In this document: in pieces, positions 1 through 9,007 of the stretch
How the letters are laid out: each line of letters begins with the position of its first letter
Numbering within the stretch: position 1 is the stretch's first letter
NCBI GenBank assembly: GCA_964549615.1
Contig: CAZJVP010000100.1
Location: 1 to 26,930, forward strand
Source: an uncultured Thermococci archaeon
Lineage (GTDB): Archaea; CAYQAE01; CAYVLA01
Direction: 5' to 3'
DNA length: 26,930 nt
Notes under the pieces: model-generated
The model's input: only the letters and a program-made list of their open reading frames with translations
What the model was told of the DNA's origin: nothing
Databases searched by the model: none
Translations under genes and position numbers: made by a program

Positions 1-78
1 GGCGGTGACCTGAGGCGAGGGAATGCGCCATGGTTCTCTCGACCTCAGAGCGAACGGGCGGGGTGCGAAAAGCGGAGA

Positions 79-546
79 TCAGAAGCGATCCTCGTCCATG
101 CGTAGGCCTCTTTGCTGCCTGTAGGCCTCGAAGAAGAACGCTGCGGAGCTGAAAGCCCCGAAGGCCAACGTCGCCAGATCCCGGAAGTCCCAGCTGAAGG
201 GCCAGAAGATGATGTACGAGGCCAAGATGCCCAGGACGAAGGCGCCGTAGATGACGAACCTCGGCACCAAGCGGCCCCTCAGGACGAGGAAGCTCTTGAG
301 CGCCTCCAACTGTTGGTCGGGGGCTGGCGCATACCCCCCGGAGGCCGGCTGTATCAGTTTCAGTTCCAGGAGCTTGTTGATGTGGTACTGCGCCAGGCTC
401 GGACTCGATAGGCCAAGCTTCCTCCAGATCTCCCTGACGCCTACGGGTTCCCTGGAGGTCAGGATGCAGAGGTAGACGTCCCAGGTCTTTCCGTGGATCC
501 TCCTTCCGCCCATCCATGGCCTCCAAGCTTTTCTTTCGCTCGCCAC
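79..546 (-). CDS. Membrane-anchored winged-helix transcriptional regulator
   Basis: N-terminal wHTH-like segment (GKTWDVYLCILTSREPVGVREIWRKLGLSSPSLAQYHINKLLELKLI) followed by two hydrophobic helices; lies 14 nt downstream of the beta-propeller gene. Alternative ATG start at 513. Confidence 0.75.
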   Translation of the reverse strand: MASERKAWRPWMGGRRIHGKTWDVYLCILTSREPVGVREIWRKLGLSSPSLAQYHINKLLELKLIQPASGGYAPAPDQQLEALKSFLVLRGRLVPRFVIYGAFVLGILASYIIFWPFSWDFRDLATLAFGAFSSAAFFFEAYRQQRGLRMDEDRF

Positions 547-560
547 GGCCTGAATAAGGT

Positions 561-2534
561 TTACGAAAGCTCAAGGCTGTTGAGCGGCTCAAGGCCCGGC
601 AGGGCGTTCATCCTGATCATGCCCATCGAGATCGTGTAGAGCACGTCGTCTATGTACAGGGCCCTCTCGACGGTGTACTTGGACTCGAAGTAGAATCCGC
701 TCTTCAGCAGGTCATCCTTGCCCTCCAGGTGGGTGATCCTCCCCATTAGGACGATGCCGTTCTCCGGGTCGATCCTGAAGACGTACGCCCCCTGGTATAC
801 GTACTCGCCGTAGGCCTGGGCCGGCACGACCCCATCGGGGTAGGCAGACGGGTCGATCTCGGCCACCAGGACCGGGATCACCAGCAGGTTCTTTTCCAGG
901 CTGAAGAGGAAGGCCTTGTGGTCCGTGAGAACGGGCGAATCGGTTCCGCGGTCGCCGATCTCGTACTTGGCCACCTCCTTCGGGCTTGCCACATCGCCCA
1001 CGTCAAATAGCGAGATCTTGACGCCCTGGTACCAGGCGAAGTCGCCCTCCTTGGCCTCCTCGGTCTCCTTGCCAACCCCTATCAGGTGTGTGTCGTCGTA
1101 TGGGTGGAGGTAGTCGGAGTAGCCGGGGATCTTGAGCTTGCCCAGAACCGTCGGCTTCTCGGGATCTGCAAGGTCCACCACGAAGAGGGGATCGATCTTC
1201 TTGAAGGTGACCAGGTACGCCTTGGAACCCATGAACCTTGCCGAGTGCATGGTCTCCCCCGGCGCAAGCCCCTCCAGCTTCCCGACGATGCCCATGGTGG
1301 AGTTGAGGACGTATACGTTGGTGCCAGACGGGCCTCCGCTCGACGTTTCGCCAGTGGTGACTATCCTGAAATATCCACCGCTCTCGTCCATGGAGAACTG
1401 GTTGAGCACCCATCCCGGTACGTGCCCGTCGGCCATATAAGATATCTCGCCCCCGTGGATGCGTATCTTGTGGATGCTGGTTCCGTAGATCGCGCTGGAT
1501 TCCCGCTGCTCCCTGTAGGGAGAGGTTATGTACATGTGATCCATGGAGACGTACATGCCGCATGTGGCGCCCAGGAGGAAACTCTGCTGTACGAAGGGCT
1601 CGGCCTTGTCTTGGGCGTTGAAGCCAACGATGGTGGCGAAGACGTAGCCGTAATCGGTGTGGTTGGAGTAGTAGATGGAGTCGGCCTCAACGTCGACAGT
1701 ACCTCCCTCAGTCTGGATGGTGGGCAGGTCGACCTTGCCGTCCTCCAAGACGGCGGGTTTCTCAACGACCAGGTATACGTAGTCCCCTATCATCCGAGAG
1801 TTGGTGTAGAAACCATCCAGCGTGATGTTCCTGTCAAGGATGGGCGAGGCCCTGTCCGCTACATCGTAGACCAGCGCGATGGTGTGGCCAGCGTATTCCC
1901 GCGGAACATCTTCCGCGGCCTTACGGACGGCGGCGGCCGACTCCAAAACCCAGTAGGTCTGGGGCGCTCCCAGGAAGACGACGAGCTTGTCGCGGCTAAC
2001 GAAAAGCTCGCCCACCGTCCTATTCAGTTCCAGCCTGGACACTATCCCAGCCTGGTCCGGCGGATATGCCCTGACTATGAGAACCGCGGTTCCGGAGACG
2101 AGGTAGATGTACCGTCCGTCGGTCTTGACCACGTCCGCCTCGTCGACGCCCGCAACCTGGATGTTGGTGCCGGAGTAATCCTGGGACGAGCTCTCGCCGC
2201 GCGCGGAAAGTGCCAGATCGTACATCGGTCCCCAAACGACCTTTCGAGTTCCGCCGAGCAGTCTCTCAGCGATGCTCTGAACCCTGCCCCCACGCTGCGA
2301 GTAGGACTGGGCCGCGGCCAAGAAGCCCTTAAGCTCCTTGTACGATGCGAACCTTGCCAGGGGACCCGGCGAGCCGTAGATGAACGTCGCCTCGGGAGGA
2401 TGGAAACCGCCGATCCTCCAAAGCCCGAATCCCATAATGGCCCCTATGATAAGCCCGATCGCAAGGTTGGTTAAGATCCTTCCTCCCTTCGGATACATGA
2501 CCCGATCCTCCGACCATGGCGGTGTCCCTTGCAC
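561..2534 (-). CDS. Secreted/membrane-anchored beta-propeller domain protein (Beta_propel / COG4880-like)
   Basis: N-terminal TM helix; family motifs YSGTNIQVAGVDEADVVKTDG, LNQFSMDE, YLVTFKKIDPLFVVDL, GKLKIPGYSDYLHP. Start may be ATG at 2498. Confidence 0.88.
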   Translation of the reverse strand: MQGTPPWSEDRVMYPKGGRILTNLAIGLIIGAIMGFGLWRIGGFHPPEATFIYGSPGPLARFASYKELKGFLAAAQSYSQRGGRVQSIAERLLGGTRKVVWGPMYDLALSARGESSSQDYSGTNIQVAGVDEADVVKTDGRYIYLVSGTAVLIVRAYPPDQAGIVSRLELNRTVGELFVSRDKLVVFLGAPQTYWVLESAAAVRKAAEDVPREYAGHTIALVYDVADRASPILDRNITLDGFYTNSRMIGDYVYLVVEKPAVLEDGKVDLPTIQTEGGTVDVEADSIYYSNHTDYGYVFATIVGFNAQDKAEPFVQQSFLLGATCGMYVSMDHMYITSPYREQRESSAIYGTSIHKIRIHGGEISYMADGHVPGWVLNQFSMDESGGYFRIVTTGETSSGGPSGTNVYVLNSTMGIVGKLEGLAPGETMHSARFMGSKAYLVTFKKIDPLFVVDLADPEKPTVLGKLKIPGYSDYLHPYDDTHLIGVGKETEEAKEGDFAWYQGVKISLFDVGDVASPKEVAKYEIGDRGTDSPVLTDHKAFLFSLEKNLLVIPVLVAEIDPSAYPDGVVPAQAYGEYVYQGAYVFRIDPENGIVLMGRITHLEGKDDLLKSGFYFESKYTVERALYIDDVLYTISMGMIRMNALPGLEPLNSLELS

Positions 2535-2582
2535 GTCAGGGACAACCAGCCCATTAGTAGACTCTCGGCCGGACGATAAAAC

Positions 2583-2619
2583 ACTACGTTTTAGTACGGG
2601 CGTTCAAGAAAACTGAACG
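2583..2619. promoter_or_regulatory. Candidate operator palindromes upstream of the beta-propeller/wHTH operon
   Basis: CGTTCA-N7-TGAACG (2601-2619) and ACTA-CGTTT-TAGT (2583-2595), just upstream of a minus-strand TTTTAT TATA-like box (2576-2581). Confidence 0.35.
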
Positions 2620-2809
2620 TCAGGCCCTCGCGATGCCTGCAAAGATCTTGCCTCGGGGCTGGCCGCAGCGCACCCGGCGGGTGCACACGCGTGTTTTTCC
2701 GGGACGACCGTCCTGGGTCTGGGAGACGAAGTAAGAACGGAACCAACCAATGATACGCCTATTCTGGGAAAGATGCCAGATATCAGTTATCACCGGGCAC
2801 AGATTCGCA

Positions 2810-4081
2810 ATGAACGTGAAAGGCTTCGACAGGCGGGCGGTCTGGGGCGTGCTCCTCCTTGCGACAGTAGCGATCATTGTTTCGTGCCTTATCTGGCGCT
2901 TGGCAAGAACCCCACGCTCCTTCACGTTTGCCGTGATGGGGGACAGCCAGGGCAACTCAAGAATGCTGAGGCTGATCGTCGAGAAGATCGAATCCTTGTC
3001 TCCCGACTTCGTGATCCATCTGGGCGATTGCGTTCCGATGGCCAGGCGATCCGTATATGAGAGGTTCCTCGGAGACGTCGGGGGGCTGAGCATGCCCTTC
3101 CACGTCACGCCGGGCAATCACGACATCAAGGGGGATCCCACGCTCTTCTACTCCCACTTTGGGAAAGGGGACTACTACTTCGACTGGAAAGGATATCGGT
3201 TCATCTCGGTGGACACATCCGACCAACGCATCGGCGACGCCCAGCTTGCCTGGTTAAGGCAGATCCTGGAGAGCTCCCGCGAGAGGCAGGTGGTCGTTTT
3301 CACGCACGTTCCACCGTTTGACCCCATTCCAGGGGGCAATCATAGCCTCCTGGACGGTCGGGGAGGGATCTTGATGGACGCGATGGAGGAGTTTGGGGTT
3401 CGTGCGGTCCTGGCTGGTCACCTGCATATGTTCTACCATACCTGCAGGAACGGCGTCGAGTATTTCATATCGGGCGGTGCGGGGGGCGGCCTCTACGCCC
3501 CTCGGGAGGCGGGAGGATTCCACCACTTCTTGCTCTTCCAGGCCAGGGGCAAGAGCCTCGACTTCGCCGTCATCCAGGTGGAGCGGGAGCTGGAAGCCGA
3601 AACGGTTACGGTTTCGGGCCCGCTAGCAAACATAACCTTTGACTCCTCCGACCTGGCTGCGATGGATCTGGTGGAGAGGAACGGGTCCTACCAGAACGTG
3701 CTTGGCAACTGGAGGGATCCCGGGCGCTACACGGGGGTGCGCATCGCAGATCTCCTTGACTTGGTCGGAGGGATGGATGAGGACTGTGTGCTGAGGATCG
3801 AAAGCGCTGACGGGTATTACCAGGATTTCTGTTACGGCAACGTCTATCCCAACGCCAGCTGGTATTCGGCCCAAGGCGAGATGGTGCTTGCCTTTTCGCA
3901 CGATCAGGCGTCGGTGCCGATCTGGGAGGATGGGCCGAGGGTTGTCTTCCTGCCGCAGGACGGGGGGTACAGCAACGAGGATTGCCTTCTGACCTCGTGC
4001 CCAGGTCAGGGTTGTCGGGAGTACCCGTCCGCGGGATCAAGGTGGGTCAAGAAGGTCACGCGGATCATCATTCTTGGCTGA
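2810..4081 (+). CDS. Membrane-anchored calcineurin-like metallophosphoesterase with C-terminal molybdopterin-oxidoreductase-like domain
   Basis: TM helix, then GDSQ, HLGD, PGNHD, FTHVP, AGHLH motifs. C-terminal third (DLAAM...YTGVRIADLLDLVGG...SADGY...GPRVVF...RWVKKVTRI) resembles the Oxidored_molyb fold. ATG 2810 preferred over ORF start 2750. Confidence 0.8.
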   Translation: MNVKGFDRRAVWGVLLLATVAIIVSCLIWRLARTPRSFTFAVMGDSQGNSRMLRLIVEKIESLSPDFVIHLGDCVPMARRSVYERFLGDVGGLSMPFHVTPGNHDIKGDPTLFYSHFGKGDYYFDWKGYRFISVDTSDQRIGDAQLAWLRQILESSRERQVVVFTHVPPFDPIPGGNHSLLDGRGGILMDAMEEFGVRAVLAGHLHMFYHTCRNGVEYFISGGAGGGLYAPREAGGFHHFLLFQARGKSLDFAVIQVERELEAETVTVSGPLANITFDSSDLAAMDLVERNGSYQNVLGNWRDPGRYTGVRIADLLDLVGGMDEDCVLRIESADGYYQDFCYGNVYPNASWYSAQGEMVLAFSHDQASVPIWEDGPRVVFLPQDGGYSNEDCLLTSCPGQGCREYPSAGSRWVKKVTRIIILG

Positions 4082-4124
4082 TTGCGTCCGCAGATAGGCG
4101 GTCTCGCCCAAGGTAATGTGTCGC

Positions 4125-4532
4125 TCATTTCAACCAGAGCGTATTCGGGAGCCCGGCAAAGTGCTCATCCCTAGTCAGAACCTTCGCATCCAAGGATTTC
4201 GCCGTGGCAAGGACAATTGCGTCAAAGAGGCTTGGATTTGGCAGTCCCGACGACCGCGCCTTTTCCTTGAGCTGGAGGTAACAGTCCGCGGAAAGCAAGG
4301 CACAGCGCTCATCGATGCCGGAGACGTTTGATGCTCGTGTGATTCTGTTCAAGCGATCTGTCGTCTCCTTTGCCGTGATTCCCTCGCGCACGTACTTGCG
4401 GGCTATCTCCGCCAGGACTGTGCCTGGGGTGTGGACTTCGGTTGCCTTGCTCAAGGCGTCCATCGCACGGTGCCCCTCCTCGCTGCCCCTGAAGATCTCC
4501 ACCCAAGCGTGGGCGTCAACTACGATCCTCAC
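4125..4532 (-). CDS. vapC: PIN-domain toxin, VapC family
   Basis: IVVDAHAWVE, TVLAE, SLFDAIVLATA, VLTRDEHF carry the PIN acidic residues; GTG start at 4532 overlaps the antitoxin end. Confidence 0.88.
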   Translation of the reverse strand: MRIVVDAHAWVEIFRGSEEGHRAMDALSKATEVHTPGTVLAEIARKYVREGITAKETTDRLNRITRASNVSGIDERCALLSADCYLQLKEKARSSGLPNPSLFDAIVLATAKSLDAKVLTRDEHFAGLPNTLWLK

Positions 4533-4725
4533 CGCGATCCTCCTCAACGAATGGCCCTACTCGCCCCCTGTCTAGGCCGTATGCCTCCGCAACGACCGCA
4601 TGCCTTTGAGCCCTTATCAGCATCTGTATGGCTTCGTCCAGGCTCCTTGCGTTCGTTTTGTCGCGGAGGTTCTCCAACATCGCCAGAGTGGCCTGGGACA
4701 CCCTGATGGTTGCAGGTTTCTCCAT
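4516..4725 (-). CDS. vapB: VapB-type antitoxin (RHH-like)
   Basis: 69 aa with TIRVS beta strand then two helices and acidic C-terminus (FVEEDRGEDRS); directly upstream of and overlapping vapC. Confidence 0.8.
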   Translation of the reverse strand: MEKPATIRVSQATLAMLENLRDKTNARSLDEAIQMLIRAQRHAVVAEAYGLDRGRVGPFVEEDRGEDRS

Positions 4726-4752
4726 AACTTTTCGCTAGGCGACGGAAGATAA

Positions 4753-4783
4753 AAGTGTATAGTATATTGTATACTGTATACTT
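4753..4783. promoter_or_regulatory. Inverted-repeat operator/promoter of vapBC
   Basis: AAGTGTATAGTATA-ttg-TATACTGTATACTT, 12/14 complementary arms, AT-rich, starting 28 nt upstream of the vapB ATG. Confidence 0.65.
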
Positions 4784-4944
4784 AGGGAAAAGGACACGGT
4801 CTTGGTTAGACGGTAGTGGCGCCAGATCCCTAAAGGCCTCACCGTGAGCTCGTTTCCGCTCAAGGCGGAGGTGTCTGGGCACGAAGGCTTGTAACGATGA
4901 TTCTTCTCCCTGTTGCCGTTGACCTTCTGGGGGTACGCAGCTCC

Positions 4945-5353
4945 GAGGGCAGCGCAGTCCAACGGCTTGGACACGCGGCCGTAGTTCCTGCTGGCAGCTT
5001 CCTCCAGCGCCCTCAGAAGCGCATCCCTGCCCTAACCGCCTCAGCCACGTCTTTCAACAGGCGGGGTACATTGGGGTCCACCTCCTCAGCCATCTGATGT
5101 TGTTGTACTCAGCTGCCGCAGGTATGGCAAGCGCGACGAGGAGCGCGAGCGCTAGGGCGTTATTGGTCGTCCGGCTGAGGGGTATCGTGTAAGTCGATCT
5201 TGTGATGTATGCGCCCTGCAGGAGGACGAGCAGGCAGATGGCGCCGGCCACCGAAAGGGAAAGCGCCCAGACGATGATTCTATGTCTGCGCTCGAAGTAC
5301 ACTCCTCCTCCGTTATCGGACTCCGAACGTCTTGGCAGCTCGATCTTGGCCAA
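4945..5353 (-). pseudogene. Truncated, frameshifted type II secretion F / TadC-like pilus membrane protein
   Basis: Two TM helices, then after frameshifts near 5082 and 5020 reads VDPNVPRLLKDVAEAVRAGM / LLRALEEAASRNYGRVSKPL, typical of the start of a T2SSF domain; remainder absent. The 3' boundary is approximate. Confidence 0.65.
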
Positions 5354-5514
5354 GCAGTGACTCGCGCGAGCGGGATGACTCGGGGGCGCTCACATTCAAG
5401 AAGGCCGCGATTTCTGCGGTGTGGGCAAGGTTGTATGGTCCCTGGGTCCATGCAATGCCGGGCGAAAAGCTGCCCCGCGAATGGGAATGCCGGCTCGCGT
5501 CAGAAACAACGTAG

Positions 5515-6927
5515 GTGACGAACTTGAACATAATCCTGGTTGTGTTTGACTCCCTTCGGAAGGACTGCGTGGGCGTCTACGGGTCCCCTCCGTGGGGCAG
5601 TGTACATACCCCTCACTTCGACGAGTTTTCTAAAGAGTCGATGGTGATGACGAGGGCCTATCCCGAGTCCCTCCCGACCCTTCCCGCCCGCCGGGCCCTG
5701 TATACGGGGCGCCAGGTCTACCCCTTCCACAACGCAGATTTTCATCTCAAAGGCGACTTTGTGGGCGCTCCCGGGTGGGGTCCCATACCTGAGGACCAGC
5801 CAACGCTGGCCGAGTTGCTTGGCCAAGAAGGATATCGGACAGCCCTGATCTCGGATGTTTACCATATGTTCAAGCCCTCAAAGAACTTCTGGAGAGGCTT
5901 CGACCAGTGGACCTTCCTCAGGGGCCAGGAGTCGGATCCCGGCCGATCCGGGCCAAGGCTGACCCAGGAGGAAATCGACTACTGGCTCCCGAAGGAGATG
6001 CAGAACCCCCGCACGATCTCGTTCATACAGCGCTGCATCACCAACATCAGGGATCGAAGCAAGGAGGAGGATTTCTTCGCCGCGAGGGTCTTCAGGGAAG
6101 CGGCCCTGTGGCTTGAGCAAAATCAGGACGCGCAGAAGTTCTTCCTCACGGTTGAGTCCTTCGACCCGCATGAGCCCTGGCTGGTGCCCGCCCACTACCG
6201 AAGGATGTACCTGAAGGACGAGGGAAGGGAACAGGTCAAGTCAGGCTACAAGGACACGTCCACGATGGACCCCGCCCTGCTGGCTCGCACGCAGGCCAAC
6301 TACAGCGGGTTGGTGACGTTCTGCGATCGCTGGTTCGGATACTTCATGGAGTCGATGAGGGTTCTGGGCCTGCTTGACAATACTTTTGTCATCCTCACCT
6401 CGGACCACGGCCATTCCATCGGAGATGGAAACTATATGGGAAAGAGAGGATATCCGTCTGCGCCCGAGGTCTTCGACGTGCCTCTCATGGTAAGGCAGGC
6501 GGGGGCCAAGGGGGCCGGGTCAAGCGACTTGCTCGTGCAGCACACCGATATAGCCGCCCAGGTGCTTGAGTCGGCGGGAGTCAAACCGCCCCCGGAGATC
6601 GACGGACGTCCATTCCTGCGAGCCGCCCTTGAGGGAAAACGCCGCTTCCGGGACCACGTCACCATAGCCTGGGGATCGGCCGTGACGGTGGTCACACAGA
6701 GGTGGTGGTGCAACTGCAAGGTGAACGGGAGGGGCGTGTTTCTCTACGATCTCGGCAGGGCAAAGCCCTTTGAGGCCAACCTCGCCGACAGACACCCCGA
6801 TGTAGCTAGGCGCTTGTTCTCCATGGCCGTCAAGGATGCTAAGGGCGGCTTCCCCGAATGGCTGCTTCAGCTGGCGGACAAGGAGAAGGACGCGCCGGGA
6901 TGCAGTGATCTCGTGGCCAGGGAATAG
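5515..6927 (+). CDS. Sulfatase-like hydrolase (alkaline phosphatase superfamily)
   Basis: NIILVVFDSLRKD, TPHFD, PTLPARRALYTG, FDPHEPW, LTSDHG, VPLMVR, HTDIA motifs. Confidence 0.88.
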   Translation: MTNLNIILVVFDSLRKDCVGVYGSPPWGSVHTPHFDEFSKESMVMTRAYPESLPTLPARRALYTGRQVYPFHNADFHLKGDFVGAPGWGPIPEDQPTLAELLGQEGYRTALISDVYHMFKPSKNFWRGFDQWTFLRGQESDPGRSGPRLTQEEIDYWLPKEMQNPRTISFIQRCITNIRDRSKEEDFFAARVFREAALWLEQNQDAQKFFLTVESFDPHEPWLVPAHYRRMYLKDEGREQVKSGYKDTSTMDPALLARTQANYSGLVTFCDRWFGYFMESMRVLGLLDNTFVILTSDHGHSIGDGNYMGKRGYPSAPEVFDVPLMVRQAGAKGAGSSDLLVQHTDIAAQVLESAGVKPPPEIDGRPFLRAALEGKRRFRDHVTIAWGSAVTVVTQRWWCNCKVNGRGVFLYDLGRAKPFEANLADRHPDVARRLFSMAVKDAKGGFPEWLLQLADKEKDAPGCSDLVARE

Positions 6928-6982
6928 GTAACGCCTCTCGGGCTCGAGTCCAGAGATGGCCAAGAGAGAGCGAACGGCCGGA

Positions 6983-7011
6983 GGAAAGCATTTATTCGTG
7001 CCATTGAACAA
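6983..7011 (+). promoter_or_regulatory. BRE/TATA promoter with abutting GTGC-N4-GCAC-type palindrome upstream of DUF134 gene
   Basis: GGAAAGCA-TTTATT followed by TCGTGC-CATT-GAACAA (6996-7011); ATG at 7023. Confidence 0.5.
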
Positions 7012-7022
7012 AATGGTCACCC

Positions 7023-7379
7023 ATGGCTGGGTATCGATGGCGATGGCGCGGGCGCGGGGGTCCTGGCCGACCAATGAAGCCAAGGATCGTCAGGACCCAG
7101 CTACCCGCAAGTCGTTTCGTGCCAGTGTTGACGGGTCCATCGCAGCCCGGGGCAAGGCAGCCCGTAGTCCTTACGCTCGACGAGATGGAAGCCCTGCGCC
7201 TCGTCGACTACGAGGGTCTCCTTCAGGAGGAGGCCGCCAAGCGGATGGGGGTCTCCAGGGGGACGGTCTGGCGCTGCCTTGACAGTGCGCGCAGGAAGGT
7301 AGGCGCCATGCTTGTGGAGGGACGGGAGCTTATCCTAGCATCCGGGCCCCCTGAAGATGGACCGGCCATCGACGGCTGA
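7023..7379 (+). CDS. DUF134 (UPF0251) family predicted DNA-binding protein
   Basis: GRPMKPR...VVLTLDEMEALRLVDYEGLLQEEAAKRMGVSRGTVWRCLDSARRKV...LVEG signature with HTH. Confidence 0.9.
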   Translation: MAGYRWRWRGRGGPGRPMKPRIVRTQLPASRFVPVLTGPSQPGARQPVVLTLDEMEALRLVDYEGLLQEEAAKRMGVSRGTVWRCLDSARRKVGAMLVEGRELILASGPPEDGPAIDG

Positions 7380-8726
7380 AGCACCGGGCCAGTTCCGGGG
7401 TGACGACGTGAGTGTGCAAGCCGCGAAGCTCAGACGCGCTGCGCGGCTCTCCCTTCTGTTGAACACATTCATGGCAGTCCTGAAGATTGCAGGGGGCCTC
7501 TTGTCGGGCAGCATCAGCCTCCTTGGGGACGGGCTTCACTCAATCTTCGACTCGTTCTCCTCGGTTGCGGTGTACGCAGGTATCAGGTTGAGCGAGAGGC
7601 CCCCCGATGAGAGGCACCCCTACGGCTACTTCAAGGCCGAGACGCTCGCGGGTCTACTCGTGACGGGAGTACTGCTGCTTGCCGGCCCGGGCATAGCGTG
7701 GGAAGCCACGCGCAGCCTCAAGGCCGAAAGCGTCCCCGAGGCCATCCCCATCCTCATGGGGGTCGCGTTGGCATCCGCCCTTTTGAGCGAAGCCATGGCA
7801 AGGTACAAGCTCCGCGTCGGAAGCGAGTCGAACAGCTTCGCCCTGTTGGCCGACGCCTATCACTCTAGGGCGGACGTTCTGAGTTCAGGCTCAGTTTTCG
7901 TAGGTCTCGCCCTCGCGAATCTCGGCGTTCATTGGGGGACGCCGCTGCAGGGATGGTCGTGGCGGCCATCATCGCGCTGACCGGCGTAAGGCTCGGCCGT
8001 GAGGCGGCAGATGTCCTGATGGACAGGAGTGCGGGCGAGGGCGTCCTGTTGAGGATCACTCAAGCGGCGAGGTCTTCCCATATGGTCAAGGATTGCCGTG
8101 TGAAGCGCTCGCGCGCCGTCGGAAACCATATTTTCCTGGAGCTAGAGGTGGACCTCGACGCAGGGCTCTCGATTGAATCGGGGAACAGGATCGCCCGAGA
8201 GGTTGAGGGCAGAGTGAAGGCAGCTGTCCCGGAGGTTGAGTCCACGGTCGTCTCGCTCAAACCGCTCGGCATCGAGGCTAGGCGGATGTGGGCGCGCGGT
8301 CCTTGGTCAAAGGGGCGAGCCCTGGGCCATCGAGACCAAAGGTGGCGGCCGGCAGCGTCTGAAAGGAATACCTCGCCGAACAAGACCATCGCCGTTCCTG
8401 TCGCTGGGCGAAATGTGGAGGACCCGATGGAAAGGCATTTCGGCAGGAGCTCCGCGTTTGCAATCATCGAAACCGATGGGGCCAGGCTGGTGAATGCGAG
8501 GATCCTGAGGAACCCCCATCGGTCTGCTGAGTACGGCGCAGGGAAGCTTGCCGCGCGCCTGGTTCTGGAAGCTGGCGCGGATGTGGTCATAGCGGATGAG
8601 CTTGGGGAGGGCTCTGCCGTTGCATTGCGGGAATCCGGGGTGGAAACCCTTTCCGGCGTCAAAGCTGCGACGGTAAAGGAGGCGGTGGAGAAGTATCTGA
8701 AAAGGGAGATAAGGATCTCTCCGTAG
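7357..8726 (+). pseudogene. Cation diffusion facilitator (FieF-like) fused to C-terminal NifB/NifX domain; single frameshift in G5 run (pseudogene or sequencing error)
   Basis: DGLHSIFD, PPDERHPYGYFKAE and DAYHSRAD in ORF 7357-7980; TM6, dimerisation domain and IAVPV...HFGRS in ORF 7932-8726. One extra G at 7934-7938 joins them as VHWGDAAAG. Confidence 0.82.
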
Positions 8727-8930
8727 AGGCAGGGTGATGCGACCCATCTGCTGTTCAGCGCTTATGGCACCGCTGCCAGTTTCGACTTCTCCGGACTTGC
8801 AGGCGCTCCCCGTTTGGGGAAATCCTTCGCGAACGTGCTGCGATGTCGTTTGCACTCATGGGCCGCCGCCTCCATGCATGAAGCCTGGCTGCATACGCCA
8901 CAGGAATCGCTGGGACGGAGGACCCATCGT

Positions 8931-8989
8931 CTGCTCAAGGGCACGTCAATTACGTGCAATAGCAAAATTTATATTGTGCGAATGCACGT
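8931..8989 (+). promoter_or_regulatory. Promoter (TTTATA 8968-8973) flanked by three phased palindromic sites
   Basis: CTGCTC-AAGG-GCACGT (8931), ACGTGC-AATA-GCAAAA (8952), TTGTGC-GAAT-GCACGT (8974), spaced 21-22 bp; GGTGAT SD at 8997 before ATG 9008. Confidence 0.6.
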
Positions 8990-9007
8990 ATAGTTTGGTG
9001 ATGAACG

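Noticed and set aside
1086-2474. 462-aa plus-strand ORF
   Set aside because: Antisense shadow of the beta-propeller gene in GC-rich DNA; no motifs.
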